This document shows, one piece after another, positions 20,701 through 31,600 of a stretch of 64,000 nt of DNA. Position numbers and translations under genes: made by a program. The notes below the pieces were generated by a model that was not told the DNA's origin, did not search any database, and saw only the letters and a program-made list of their open reading frames with translations. How positions within the stretch are numbered: position 1 is the stretch's first letter; each line of letters begins with the position of its first letter. The DNA comes from Nitrospirota bacterium (GTDB lineage Bacteria; Nitrospirota; UBA9217), in the NCBI GenBank assembly GCA_963840455.1, contig CAWIYV010000011.1:608001-672000 (forward strand), written 5' to 3'.

Positions 20701-20975
20701 CCGGCAGGTTCCGGTCCATTCGCAAGGATGCCGTATTCCTTTGCGATCTTAAGGTCTGCCAGACGGCGGATGGCTTCCGGCTTCAGGGCGGAGTCCGGCG
20801 CTTCCTCCAAAAATTGCTGATAGGCCTGCATTGCTTTATCGAGGCCGCCGGAGATCTCCTCTTCCTTGATCTCGATTTGCTGGCCCCGCAGCTTGGCGAT
20901 CGTATCCCTGCTTCCCGTTGTTTGACAGGCGGCCAGCATTAAAGATACGGCTAATATGAGTCTGACGACGTTCAT
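17760..20975 (-). CDS. Large TPR lipoprotein (GltD/AgmU-like)
   Basis: Lipobox LAAC; many TPRs; C-terminal YELALEEQAYPFEEKAI..H..N motif. Confidence 0.82.
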   Translation of the reverse strand: MNVVRLILAVSLMLAACQTTGSRDTIAKLRGQQIEIKEEEISGGLDKAMQAYQQFLEEAPDSALKPEAIRRLADLKIAKEYGILANGPEPAGKASAMSAPKHSVVTKVSPAIAKSPGHTSAEAPAPPESDADFEKRAVLSSATLTGAANSEDLERASAREAIALYEKLIKDYPSYDRNDQVLYQMSRAYEELGQVDPAMKVMDRLVKEYPKSRYIDEVQFRRAEYLYTRRHYLDAEDAYGSIVKMGVQSPFYQLALYKLGWTFYKQELYDEALDRYITLLDHKVSVGYDFYQTKDEQEKKRIDDTFRAISLCFSSLHGDTSPAAYFESHGKRSYEDGIYSNLGEFYFDKQRYADAATVYNAFVNSNPVHKVAPQFAMRVIEIDTAGAFPSLVIDAKKQFAHNYGLKSEYWKHFEPSARPEVLAWLKTNITDLSKHYHSLYQDPKEVKEKKANFEEARNWYQEFLTSFPKDTESPGMNYLLADLYLENQNFDLAAIEYARTAYEYPRHEKSKEAGYAAVYAYRKHMDSVPPEEKDSVKRVVVASSLKFADTYPEHEKTAIVLGAAADDLYNMKDYEQSVAAARKLIDRFPGAGTDVVRGAWIVAGHGTYELHRYNEAETAYAKALTLFPDGDKGREALTDNLAAAIYKQGEDANAKADYKAASEHFLRVGRLAPVSKIRVNAEYDASAALIQLKDWQAAAAALAGFRTLFPGHALLPEVTKKIAYVYREDGKFTLAAGEYERMETESQDDEVRREALLTAAELHEKAGDQAKSLLVYRRYVEHFPHPVEANLETRNKIAESLKKNDRENYLAEIKQIIVIDAGAGAERTPRTRYLAGKGALVLAEETFGQFTGIKLVEPFKANLDKKKSLMKVVTQQFSKLLDYEVGEVTAAATFYLAEIYSDFSLGLKESERPKDLTALELEEYELALEEQAYPFEEKAISMHKSNLELVSRGVYNEWVDKSLHKLAALLPARYNKPEEDSPVIGSADHYLYAIERHEPAVQKADSPMKDEKVEVPKEPVKAVKQEPDMDPADVQQEGKKADPGQNVKPHNLVKTSGEIGVKSSPSETASE

Positions 20976-22861
20976 TTGCTCACCTGTTCATGGGTCGCTG
21001 CCCTTGTGGCACGTTCATAGCTGTCCGCCATGGAGAAGCGCGCCTTGGTCTGGTACTCGGTAAGCCTTGTACGACGGCTTCCGAGCTCATTTACAGCCAT
21101 GGTCTCAAGCATTTCTCCCTGACGCAGCATAAGTTCCCCTACTTTTTCGCGGGAGGCCGTGATGCGGCTCCGCATGGTGCGTATCCTCTCGTCGTAGCCT
21201 TCATAGCTTTGCGTGGCGGCCTGCCGGGTACGGACAAAGGATGCGTACTCCTTCTTTAACCGGTCAATTTCATTGTTCAGGTCAAGGAGATGCTTATGGG
21301 CTTCCGTGAACCTGCGGTCATATTCCGTATAGATATTGAAGCGCAGTAACCCCCGTAAGCGGTTGATGCGGGCAGCGATATCTTTAGGCACGGCCTTGCC
21401 GCCTGCTTTGAGCTTTCGTTCCATAAGCGCTATCTTTTCACCTATGATGCGTTCATCCACGGTCTGCAGATACTCGGGATGCGGAGCTGTCAGCATGGCT
21501 TTGAGCCGACGCTCGATCCGGTCGCGCTGCTCCAGACGCAGGCGCATTTTTGAGTCGAGCCGCCGGAATTCCTTGTCGATCTCGGGTAAAAGTGGCTGGT
21601 AATATGCTTTACGCTTCCCGATGATATCGTTGAAGGCGACCAGGTCATCCGACCAGACATCCAATTTTTTACGAAGCTCTTCAAGGTCGAGATAATTCTT
21701 CAGTGATTCCTGAAAATCATGGGATGCCATGAGGTCAAGCAGGTAGAAGGTCTCCGGCGTTTCCGGCAGTTCGCGGAGCCTCACGACCCAGTTAGGATCC
21801 TGCTTGATCTCTTCCCGTACTAATGCCGCTAGGAACTTGCCTTCGCGGATGCTCGTTATGGAAGCTCCGAGCTTGTCGATCTCCCTGCCGAACGATTCCA
21901 ATGCTTTTCCATATAAAACCGCCGCCTTGCTGTAGACGCCGAGCTTGCCGTACGCATACGGGACGGCAAGCATGGCTTCCTCAACCGCAGGGTCCGAAAC
22001 CCTGCCCTCGGAAAGTATTGTCCAGGGGACCAAGGCGTCCATGAACCGTTCGAGGGAGGCATCGGCCCATCCGGAACTGAGGAGCGCCCGGTTGGAGAAG
22101 GGACCGGTGAGCCGTACCCTGTCCAGGACATACTTGGCAGCAGTGAATTTTTTTTCTGAAAGGAACTTTTCACCTAAGACAAGGTTGGATTTGTCCTTGA
22201 TCGCCAGCGTGACATTGTCGTCGTTCTTGATCTGGCCGGCACCGCCGAGCGAGCTTCGGCCCTCGATCTCCTTCCCGTCCCTGATAAGGGCGATTCCGAG
22301 ATTGTAGGTGCTGAAGCCTAAAAAGCCCGGAGCGTCCTGGATGTCCGTAAAGATGCGGGCTGACTCGGCAAAACGGCCGTTGGCCATGAGGATCTCTGCC
22401 TTGAGGAAAGCCAGATCATTCCGCATCTTCTCGGGAACGGCGCCCTTGATGCGGTCAACAGCCTCCTGAGCCTCCTTGGGCTGTCCTTTTTGGAAATAGA
22501 TGCGCGCGAGGCGGAAGATAGCCTCGTTACGGACAGGCTCGGGGACGTTCCCTTCGATGACCGACTTGATGGCGCGTCCGGCGCGCTGATGCATCCGGTA
22601 GTAAAGCTCGAAATCGCCCACATCGAACTTCGCCTCATTGATATGGTAATGAAGCGTATCCTTTTCGGGCTCATCCACATGGTAGTGCAGTGCGATCTCC
22701 GTATCGAGTTTTGAAACCGCATCGAACCATTCCCCTTGATATGCATGATAAAGGGCCTCTCCGAAATAGAGGTCCTTCCGGTCACGGGGTGCGGCCGTTC
22801 CTGCCTGCGCCGAAGTCGCAAGAAACATATAAATTATGAATAAAATGATCAGCCTTTTCAT
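20972..22861 (-). CDS. Exported TPR/coiled-coil protein (GltC-like)
   Basis: Signal peptide, TPR-like helices, C-terminal coiled coil ending ARFSMADSYERA. Confidence 0.72.
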   Translation of the reverse strand: MKRLIILFIIYMFLATSAQAGTAAPRDRKDLYFGEALYHAYQGEWFDAVSKLDTEIALHYHVDEPEKDTLHYHINEAKFDVGDFELYYRMHQRAGRAIKSVIEGNVPEPVRNEAIFRLARIYFQKGQPKEAQEAVDRIKGAVPEKMRNDLAFLKAEILMANGRFAESARIFTDIQDAPGFLGFSTYNLGIALIRDGKEIEGRSSLGGAGQIKNDDNVTLAIKDKSNLVLGEKFLSEKKFTAAKYVLDRVRLTGPFSNRALLSSGWADASLERFMDALVPWTILSEGRVSDPAVEEAMLAVPYAYGKLGVYSKAAVLYGKALESFGREIDKLGASITSIREGKFLAALVREEIKQDPNWVVRLRELPETPETFYLLDLMASHDFQESLKNYLDLEELRKKLDVWSDDLVAFNDIIGKRKAYYQPLLPEIDKEFRRLDSKMRLRLEQRDRIERRLKAMLTAPHPEYLQTVDERIIGEKIALMERKLKAGGKAVPKDIAARINRLRGLLRFNIYTEYDRRFTEAHKHLLDLNNEIDRLKKEYASFVRTRQAATQSYEGYDERIRTMRSRITASREKVGELMLRQGEMLETMAVNELGSRRTRLTEYQTKARFSMADSYERATRAATHEQVSK

Positions 22862-22864
22862 AGT

Positions 22865-23380
22865 CTACCTGTCTTTAAAGGTAAGGCTTTCAGAAGCTAA
22901 AGATACTTCCACGATCTTCGGAGCCACATCTTTGCTCACCATGAAATGCTCTGATCTCTGGAAATCCGAGCCGCTGCTGGTCTTGCCCGAAACCTGGACA
23001 TGAAGGTCATGGTCGCCGGTACGGACATTGCCGGTATAGATCTTCTGTACCCCGCCCTTCCGAAGGGCTTCCAGCTCCTTCAAGGTGTACAGATGATGGG
23101 TAACCGGTTTACCGTCCATCTGAATATCAACTGAGTCGAGACGGAAGGTTTCGCCGGTCTTTAGCGATACAAATACCGAGACCTCCGTATTTGACGGATA
23201 GAGGAGCTTCTCTTCGAGCTTCGCCAGTTCAGCAGAAATGGAGAGGGCATCGCCCTTTATCTCCTGGACCTGCTCGTCAAGGCCCTTGACCTGTTCCTTG
23301 GAGATCTGCTGCCCATAAGAGGCGCTCCCCATGAGCAGCACGGTGATCCCGAAAAAAAGCGCTTTCTGCCAGTAACTCAT
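22865..23380 (-). CDS. Exported hypothetical protein of the cluster
   Basis: Signal peptide, short coiled coil, beta-rich domain with EALRKGGVQKIY. Confidence 0.7.
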   Translation of the reverse strand: MSYWQKALFFGITVLLMGSASYGQQISKEQVKGLDEQVQEIKGDALSISAELAKLEEKLLYPSNTEVSVFVSLKTGETFRLDSVDIQMDGKPVTHHLYTLKELEALRKGGVQKIYTGNVRTGDHDLHVQVSGKTSSGSDFQRSEHFMVSKDVAPKIVEVSLASESLTFKDR

Positions 23381-23424
23381 TTTGTCCTCCTAATGTCTCA
23401 TTAACAATAAACGGTGTTTCAGCC

Positions 23425-26400
23425 CTATATTTGCCCGATCAGGTTGATGAACAGGCCCTGGGTCTTGTAATCCAGCTGGGTCAGATCGTCCGAGAATTTA
23501 CTTAAGTTATAGCCGATCCCCATCTTGAGGAAATTGCCGAGGCGACGATATATTCCCACCAGCACCCCGCTCATCTTATCCTGTGCATCAGGCAGCTCAA
23601 GAACGCGGCCTTCTACCATGGCATCCCACTGGTGTACGAACTGCCAGTCCACGCGAAGAACAAAAAGCTCCGCCCGGCTATCGTAGAACTTCTGCGTTAC
23701 ACGGTCCTCGCTCACTTGCCCCAGACGGTAGGCGTATTTGCCGCCGATAGCCCACTGTTTCGTCAGGTCATACATCACATCCAGGGACAAGATGTGGCTC
23801 TTCTGGATGAAATCCGCCGCGGTATTGGTGACCGTGCCGGCAGATGTATTGGTGACCGTGTCGGTGACCTGTCCCACGGTCGGAAGATTATAGAAGTAGG
23901 TATACTTGAACAAAGTATTCAAGCGGTCGTTCATCACAGGCCGGTAGCCGTAGCCCAGCACCGCTTCCGTGTATTTGCCGTCATAGAAGCCGCCCAAAGA
24001 GCTCTTGCTGTCGGCGTAGTTAAGTTTCCCGAGGAGACGAGATGAAGGGTCTAGCTGGTACTTGAATGCGGTCTTAATGAGCCAGCTGTTCATGTCCGAT
24101 GTGCCCGTGGTCATGTCGGGATTTATGGTTTCCGTCCTGTCTATGCGGTACTCGAACGCGGCTGTCCAGGTAAGGCGGAGGTTGCTGTAGCCTGCCCGTA
24201 CTCCCGCCGCCTTGCGGTCAAGATGTGCCGCGGTGATGGGGTCACGGAGAGTTCCGAAATCCACATTTGCGCCGAAATTCCAGTGGTCAAAGGGCGCTAT
24301 GTCAACGCCTGCGGCATGGGTAAGCCCCGTCGGCACATTCCCGTGCGTGTACTTTTCTTCAGCGTACACGCTCGTTGTATCCGAGTAACGGGTCTTGAAC
24401 CCGGTGACCATATTGCCTTTGTTCGACCGGATGCCGTTGTCCGGGATCTCGTTGTCGTAAACATAGTTCATGTACATGCTGGTCCGGTCAGAATAGAGAT
24501 ATTCCGTGCCGGCCTTGCCCGCTCCACCGAGGTCGCCGGATGAAACTTCCCCGTTCACCTTGAATCGGTCGGTGACGCGGTACTCACCGCCCGTTCCCAA
24601 GCGGCTGTTGTCCTCGCGGTTCCCGGTCTTCTTGACCGTATCCTGAACAAAGCCGTAGGCTCTCCATCTTTCCTTGGAATCGTATGTCGCCCGAATAGCC
24701 GCATCCGTCCGGTCACCCTCTACCTGGGTCGGCGGGACGACCGGCGAATGGTCACTACGGCCGTCCTGCCGTACGCCGGGGCTTATGGTCCAATGCCCGG
24801 TGAGACGGTAATGAAGGTCGACTTCGGACGAATTGGTGGTAAGCCCCTGCTGCCTTTCTGTTTTGTCCACCTTGGCCGCCACATCGAGCCTGTCCGTCAC
24901 CGGCGCCCTCAGGGTACCGCCGTACTGCAATGTGTCCGTAGCCGTTTCAAGGCCGGGAGCCGAATAGCCGGCGCCAATGCTTTGTGTGTATAAGGTCATC
25001 TGGCCGTCAGCCCCATTGATGATGTCCCTGAAACCGATGCTGGTGTCGACCCGGTACGCGCCGGCAGAAACAGGAGTGGAAGAGCCGAAGCTCTGGCATG
25101 TCGGGTTGGCCGTGGTGCCGGTAAAGCTTGAGCAGGTTTGGCTAAAAGTAAAACCTCCATTATTGGATGTAAGGGAAGTGAGGCCAGGCCCTTTGCTTCT
25201 CCCCGTCTCCACCTTCACCCATGATAGGTCGCTTTTCCGGAGGGTCAGATCGGCGGCACTTAACCCGCTCGGGTCCTCCGAATCTCCGTCCTTGGTTGAC
25301 GTTATGCCCAGCTTTACATAGTCGTTCAGCCACACATGGGTGCGTCCGCCCAGGCTCATGCTGTTGGTGTCTCCTGCAGAGGGCTCGTATTCATAGCGGA
25401 CGACCAGGTAGACGGGGTTTCCAAGAGCAGCTTCGCTCATCACTATAAGGTTGTCGTTAGCCGTCGGCGACAGAGGCGCTGTCAGCAAAACGCGGCCCTG
25501 GAGGTAATCAACGGTGTAATCGAGGTTCTGCGTCAGGTTCTTGACCGCGAGGACCAGACCTGAATCCTTGTCGCGCACCTCGATACGCATGCGGTCGGAA
25601 CCTGTAAGGATGTTCTGATGACGCAGATAATAGAGAGACCCGCCGGTCCCCAAAAATTCGTCGCGTGTCCCGACCGTGCCGGGCTGTGCGGCAAACCCGT
25701 CCATCATGAACCGCTTCTCGCCGAAGCCCGTCACTCCCGGTGTCTGGTAATGGGCATTCGCGCCATACAATCCCCGGTCTACCTGTGCCAGGTCGTTTTC
25801 GTTGTAGCCGATCTTGAAATTGCCCCACAAGCCGTAATTATCGTCCTTCTTCATCTTTAAATAGAACTTGCCCAGGGTCGGCGCCCCATCTTCCACGGTG
25901 CTGTCGTCACCGTAGGTAGGATAGAAATACTGGGGGTTGATGTTCCGGAACAATGCGTCGGGCGTATTGTTCAAGTTCCTGAAGATGTCCTTTACCGGCC
26001 CTTCGAGCGAGTCAGCGCTTGAGATCAGCTCCCAGCCATTGCCGAACTTGCCCTTGGTATAGTAGGCCAGACGGCCGTCCGCGCTTAGTTCATTATTAAA
26101 GTGCGTACTGTCTTTGGTCACGATATCCGCCGGGCCGGTAGTTCTATCCCGCGCAATAGTGAGGTCGGCGATGCCGACGTAGAACCAGTCGTTCTTTTTG
26201 AGATCGAGATCGCGCAGGAACAGGTCGCCGTTGCCGGATCTATCGAGTATCGCCACTTCGACGGTGTGCAGGCCTGACGGCAGTATCTCTTCGGCAACGA
26301 ACTTGCCTTCATCCCCGATGGGAACGGAACGCCCGGCAACGAAAACAGAATGTCCCGCCGGGACCTCGCTACCGTAAACCTTTATCGTCCCACCCTTCTT

Positions 26401-28572
26401 CGGGATATTTTCCGCCACGAGATGGTTTTCGCCGTAACCGACCAGTAATTCCTGCCCTGCGTCTTTCTCCATAATATCCGCAGCCTGCTGGTCAACGATC
26501 CAGATAGGAAGCGGCTTTGTTTCGTCGAAACGCTCAGCAGGATCGTAGACGCGGAGCACGTATTTAAGTTCAAGTCCGGGCGCCTTGTATTCCGGGAAGG
26601 CTGGCTGCCACTCTGCGAGGCCATCTTTACCCCCCTCGATCACCGCAATGGGTTTGCCGTTTACCGACCCCTCTTTGTCAAAGATCCTGATCTCCCATCT
26701 TTTGATGAAGCCGGCGTAGTTCGTGTAGGTGCGGAACCGCATCAGGTTCTCACGATATTCCGTCTTTGGGTCGTCCTGGTAACGAATGGACAGGGGCCAG
26801 GCCGTAGCGGCGAGCCGGGGTTTCAGTTCAAGGTTGTCGAATTTGAACTCTATGTTTGCCTTGTTGAGCAATACGTCGGTACACCGTTCGATATCGGCGA
26901 TGCTCTTCCCCGGATCGTCGACCGGCTTCCCGTCCACCGTGATGCGCATGAGGTTAAGCGCAAGGGGGTCTTTTGGAGCGGCCTCACGCGTCAAGCGCGT
27001 GATATCCATCCTCTCGGTGTCGTCAAGGGACATTTGCTCGTCATATACGACCTGTACTTCTACCCGCGCCGTATCGGACCCTACGAAGCCGGTATTCACC
27101 ACGTCATCCGATTGAACAAACCCATGCCCCTCGAATTCCGCCTGCGGTTCTTTAAGACGAAGTTCTCCTTTAACGGTATCCATGGCCCGGCGGGCCCGCG
27201 CGGTCGAAAGGCCGACATCGTCCTGATACACGACCGCGGTGCGGCGCTCGAGACGTTCATTATTGGTATAACCGATGAAGCGCAGACGCACATTCGTTTT
27301 GTCTTTGATCTCGTCCATGCTGCTCCGCAAGCGTTCCAGATCTTCTGCCGTAATGACGGGCTTGCCATCTGCAATACGTATCGGCTTGATGCCGCCTGAT
27401 GGAGAATCATACACGCGGGTCACGGTTTCGGAACCGGCCGCTTCCGGGCAGAGCTGCGGTTCATCCGACTGTTCCTGCAGGGCGTCGTCATACCAAAATT
27501 CAACCTCTATACGTCTATTGAGCGCCCTGCCCTTTTCGCTGTCGTTCGATGCGATAGGGCTGGCCGCTCCCTTGCCTTCAACGTCGATCGCCGACGCTGG
27601 GATCTTAAGAGCATCCTGAACGGCCAGCGCCGCCCGGCGAGCCCGCGCTTTCGACAGACCCACCGCGTCTCCATAAATGCGCCCGGACCTGCCTGATAAC
27701 GGCAGGTTATCGGTATAACCGATGAACTTGACAACAACATGCTCTTTATTGCCCAGGTTTATAAGCGCCTGCCGTACCTTCGAAACGAACTCACCTGATA
27801 TGGCCGTCGTTTCTTCGTCGAAGCGAAGCGGTTCTACGAGATTTTTGATGCGGGCGCGCTTTGATTGCCCTTTCTTATACCGTACTTTGCAAACCGTCTC
27901 AACGCGGCACACCTTTATGCGGTTCATCTCGGAAGCGACCACCACTTCCTTGTCCACGAGCTTATCGGTGATCTCGTCGTACCAGACCTCAACTTCGACA
28001 CGCCGGTTTTGCGCTTTGCCTTGTTCGGTTATATTGCTGGCTATCGGCTTGGATTCTCCTAGGCCATCGTACGTGATGGACTCGGCCGGTAGATGGAGCG
28101 CCCTCTGGAAATATTCGGCGGTGACTCCCGCCCGCTCCCGGGACAGTGTTAGGTTGTCGCCGTACTTCTGCTTTACTTCTCCGAATAGCTGTGCATTGTC
28201 CGTATGCCCCACAAAGTGCAATCGGACGTTGTCCTTTCCTTTCATGCCGTCCAGCACGTTACGAAGCCTCTCTACGTAGCCGTTAGGTATATCCGCCTCG
28301 CCGGACGCAAAGTGGATCGGAGGGACGACGTTCTGAAGCTTGACGGTCTTGACCGCCTTTTCCATGACCTTCTTCATTTCGATCTTGTCGCCCTGTTTGC
28401 CGTCCTCATCCTTGCCCTGCCCCCATAAGGTGCGCGGCAGATCGGTGCCTTCTTGTTTCTCCACAGCCTGACCAAGAGCGGCTGGCGTAGAAACAGAGGC
28501 TGTTTCAGCGCGCGCTTGCGCTCCAGAGAGAACAAGGCACGAGATGATGATAATATGAATACGTTTAAGCAT
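23425..28572 (-). CDS. OmpA/MotB-domain outer-membrane protein with large C-terminal beta-barrel
   Basis: Three OmpA-like domains (GHTDN..LSRERA..NRRVEV); C-terminal aromatic beta-strands ending GLFINLIGQI. Confidence 0.82.
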   Translation of the reverse strand: MLKRIHIIIISCLVLSGAQARAETASVSTPAALGQAVEKQEGTDLPRTLWGQGKDEDGKQGDKIEMKKVMEKAVKTVKLQNVVPPIHFASGEADIPNGYVERLRNVLDGMKGKDNVRLHFVGHTDNAQLFGEVKQKYGDNLTLSRERAGVTAEYFQRALHLPAESITYDGLGESKPIASNITEQGKAQNRRVEVEVWYDEITDKLVDKEVVVASEMNRIKVCRVETVCKVRYKKGQSKRARIKNLVEPLRFDEETTAISGEFVSKVRQALINLGNKEHVVVKFIGYTDNLPLSGRSGRIYGDAVGLSKARARRAALAVQDALKIPASAIDVEGKGAASPIASNDSEKGRALNRRIEVEFWYDDALQEQSDEPQLCPEAAGSETVTRVYDSPSGGIKPIRIADGKPVITAEDLERLRSSMDEIKDKTNVRLRFIGYTNNERLERRTAVVYQDDVGLSTARARRAMDTVKGELRLKEPQAEFEGHGFVQSDDVVNTGFVGSDTARVEVQVVYDEQMSLDDTERMDITRLTREAAPKDPLALNLMRITVDGKPVDDPGKSIADIERCTDVLLNKANIEFKFDNLELKPRLAATAWPLSIRYQDDPKTEYRENLMRFRTYTNYAGFIKRWEIRIFDKEGSVNGKPIAVIEGGKDGLAEWQPAFPEYKAPGLELKYVLRVYDPAERFDETKPLPIWIVDQQAADIMEKDAGQELLVGYGENHLVAENIPKKGGTIKVYGSEVPAGHSVFVAGRSVPIGDEGKFVAEEILPSGLHTVEVAILDRSGNGDLFLRDLDLKKNDWFYVGIADLTIARDRTTGPADIVTKDSTHFNNELSADGRLAYYTKGKFGNGWELISSADSLEGPVKDIFRNLNNTPDALFRNINPQYFYPTYGDDSTVEDGAPTLGKFYLKMKKDDNYGLWGNFKIGYNENDLAQVDRGLYGANAHYQTPGVTGFGEKRFMMDGFAAQPGTVGTRDEFLGTGGSLYYLRHQNILTGSDRMRIEVRDKDSGLVLAVKNLTQNLDYTVDYLQGRVLLTAPLSPTANDNLIVMSEAALGNPVYLVVRYEYEPSAGDTNSMSLGGRTHVWLNDYVKLGITSTKDGDSEDPSGLSAADLTLRKSDLSWVKVETGRSKGPGLTSLTSNNGGFTFSQTCSSFTGTTANPTCQSFGSSTPVSAGAYRVDTSIGFRDIINGADGQMTLYTQSIGAGYSAPGLETATDTLQYGGTLRAPVTDRLDVAAKVDKTERQQGLTTNSSEVDLHYRLTGHWTISPGVRQDGRSDHSPVVPPTQVEGDRTDAAIRATYDSKERWRAYGFVQDTVKKTGNREDNSRLGTGGEYRVTDRFKVNGEVSSGDLGGAGKAGTEYLYSDRTSMYMNYVYDNEIPDNGIRSNKGNMVTGFKTRYSDTTSVYAEEKYTHGNVPTGLTHAAGVDIAPFDHWNFGANVDFGTLRDPITAAHLDRKAAGVRAGYSNLRLTWTAAFEYRIDRTETINPDMTTGTSDMNSWLIKTAFKYQLDPSSRLLGKLNYADSKSSLGGFYDGKYTEAVLGYGYRPVMNDRLNTLFKYTYFYNLPTVGQVTDTVTNTSAGTVTNTAADFIQKSHILSLDVMYDLTKQWAIGGKYAYRLGQVSEDRVTQKFYDSRAELFVLRVDWQFVHQWDAMVEGRVLELPDAQDKMSGVLVGIYRRLGNFLKMGIGYNLSKFSDDLTQLDYKTQGLFINLIGQI

Positions 28573-28622
28573 TATTTATTTAAAAGCGTCATGGCGGTCT
28601 TATTATCGGCGCCAGGCTCTAT

Positions 28623-31600
28623 CTATCTTTTTTCGGGAGGCGCGCCCTTCCGCCAATAGACCTCTGTCTCGACCATGAGTTGATAGAGCCCTTGCCCCCA
28701 CCTTCTAGCAATTTCGCGTTTCACCGCCTCAGTACGAGCTTTTGCAACTGCCGGGTCTTCCACGTCACCCAGATACGAGATGCGGAGGATAGAGGGGGCT
28801 TTACGCATTTCGGCGAGAAGCATCTCTATCCTTGGCTTCCACTGCTCGCGCATCTCGGTCGTTCCCGGCTCGAACGCACCGTCGGCAATGTCGAGACGGA
28901 CGACACGGTGCAGTGCCGCGCCAAAGTTGAATTTAATTGCTTTACCGCGGGTCACGCGCCTGACAAGCGGGTTATCGGTGGTGACGCGGTACCCCGTAGG
29001 CAGCGTCCGGTCATCGAGCTTCAGGATGAAGTTGCTGCCCCGGTCCTCATTGGGTATGGCGGCGCAGGTAATATGGTAACGGCCGTACTTGTCGGTCGTA
29101 GCTATAAGGCCGCGCGCGGAGACGATCCTGACCCCACCAAGGCCCTTCTCGCCTTGGTCGGGGTAGCCGTTGGCGTTCTCGTCGTCGAACACTTTGCCAA
29201 TGATGTCCGTGCAGTCCAGCGTGGGGTCGGGTACGACCCTGACCGTCGCCGTTGCCACGCCGGACACGGCTTCACCGGTAGTACCGTTCATCACCTGCGC
29301 GCTATTAACATAGTTCCCTTCCCGTACGCCTGCGCCGGCAATAAGCAAGAGCCTGATAACGTGTTGGTCTGTGCCTGCGAGCGAAACGTTGACAAAGCGA
29401 AGGTCGCGCGTCGTCATCGTCGGTTCAAGCGGTTTGCCGTCGTAACGCGCGGAGCCGCTGACGTATTTGAAGCCCGGCGGGAAGGTATCGACGATGGTCG
29501 CGTTCGGGAACGGCGCGCCCAATGTATTCTTGACCGTGATCGTGTACGGCACCATTCCGCCTTTTGTCACGTTGGGGAGCAATGCCGTCTTCGTGATAGA
29601 GAATGCGGCGTTAAGCGGCGGGTCTGCCGGAACATGGTTATTGAATAGTTCCACGCTCCCCGGGCCTGCGTTACTGAGCGTAAAATGGAGATAATATTTT
29701 GTCCCTGCCGAACCCGCGGCGACACTCGTTGCCGGCGCGAACTCGGATGGCTGCGCTTCGCAATAGGTCAAGGTTGCCGGGATGGCATCATCGACCGTGC
29801 CGGGACAACCCGGCACCGAGAACGACGCGGTAGCACCGGTTGTTGTGGGCGGAATGAGCTGGGACGGCATGGGGCCGTATCCGGAAGCCGGCGGTGTCAC
29901 CTGGATAAGGTAGTCGGCGCCCGACGGGCAGGACGGGTCGCTGAAGTTCATGTCGAACTTGTAATAGCCCGTTGCCATGGTCACCTGGTTCTGCTGCGCG
30001 GGGTCATCGAAACAGGCGGAAGGAAGCACGCCATTCGTCGATGCGCGAAGCATGGTAACGGTGGCGCCCGCGATGGGAGTACGGAGGACGGAGTTATAGA
30101 CCACGCCGTTCGGGTCGATAGGCAGGTCAAGGTTCTGGAGATTGCTGCCTGACGCTGCCGTGATGCCGGTGATGCGCTGGAGACCATTGGTGAACGCCGA
30201 GGATGCGAGCCCCAAAAGCGCTGTTGTCGCAGTGGCCCCGGGCGCACGGAACCGGACCTCATACTGGTCGGCAGGCGTCGTCGTGGGCGCCAAGCCGTTT
30301 ATTCTGTACGTTCCGTAGCTATCGGTTACCACGTAACCTAAAAGAGTGCCGCTCCGGTAAATCTGGACCGTCCACCCGGAAAGCGTCCTTTCACCGCTAT
30401 CGGCCGTATTGTTGAAATTTGCGTCATGCCAGAGGCGGCCGTTCATTGCGGCGCTTCCAGGCGTACCGCCTATGTCAACTGATGCGGAGGCAGAGGCGGA
30501 TTGAGCAGGCGTGTTCCATGTGACCTGCGCGGTATTGGTAACCGTTGTCCCGATAACACCCGATGCGATATCTGCGCGGAACCTGAGCACGGCCGTCCCG
30601 TTCGAAGGCAGATTCCCATAGACCGCTGCGTAATTGGCCGTAATGACCGCTCCGGCGACATAGACCCCGGCGCTCGATCCATTGAGCAATGCCGAACCAA
30701 CCACGTAGGAAAGCTGGGCAGGCAGAGTATCGGTTATAACCACGTTGGTCGCGGGCACCGCGCCGATATTGGTCACTTGCACCACATATTCGAGCTCTGA
30801 GCCGATATTGGCCGTCCCGCCGCCAACAACGGCGACCTGCTTGGTTATCGTTACCTGCTGGCCGTTACCAACGACGACAAGGGTCGGCTGGTAACCGTTT
30901 GATGGGTTGCCGTCCGAATCGGTCAAAAGCGTTGGCAGTTCTGTGTTGATTACACTGCCCTGGTTGCTGATTATGGTGCCAGAAGGAACGCCTGCGTTCA
31001 CCCGGACGCTGAACATGACAGTCGCTGCTGCTCCGGGAGACAATATGCCGGCCCCGGTTCCCGGAAGCGGCGGCGTCCTGTCAGAAGAACTGACCGGGAG
31101 ACCGCCAATAAGAGGAGAGCCGCCACTATCGGATACGGCGATGCCGTTAAGGATCACAGAGTTAGCGACATACGTCGTATTCAGAGGCACCAAGTCCGTC
31201 AAAACGACGTTCGTTGCCGGCGTAGCCCCGGAATTGCTGACCGTTATGGTGTAGCGGAGCACATCGCCTGGATCAACGATCCCCGGAGTTCCATTGTCGA
31301 CGGCGATTGCGACTGATTTCTGCGCGTACAGAAGCGGCATGTTGCCGACCACCCTGCAGGTAGGATCACCTGCCGCAGGGGTGGCCGGGTTGTCGGTAGG
31401 CTGTTCAGGGAAGGGACCGCTGCCCGCTCCGGAGCCGGAGACAAAGCCCTGGTTGCAAATGGCCGACCCATTTATAAGGCCGGGGCTTACGACGGCATCT
31501 AACGTGACAGTTCCCACATTGCTCGTCGCAGAGGTAGCGTCGGCGCGCATGGCGCCGGCCGCCGCGTTCTCGGGTGCATGCACGAGCATGCCGTTTTGGA

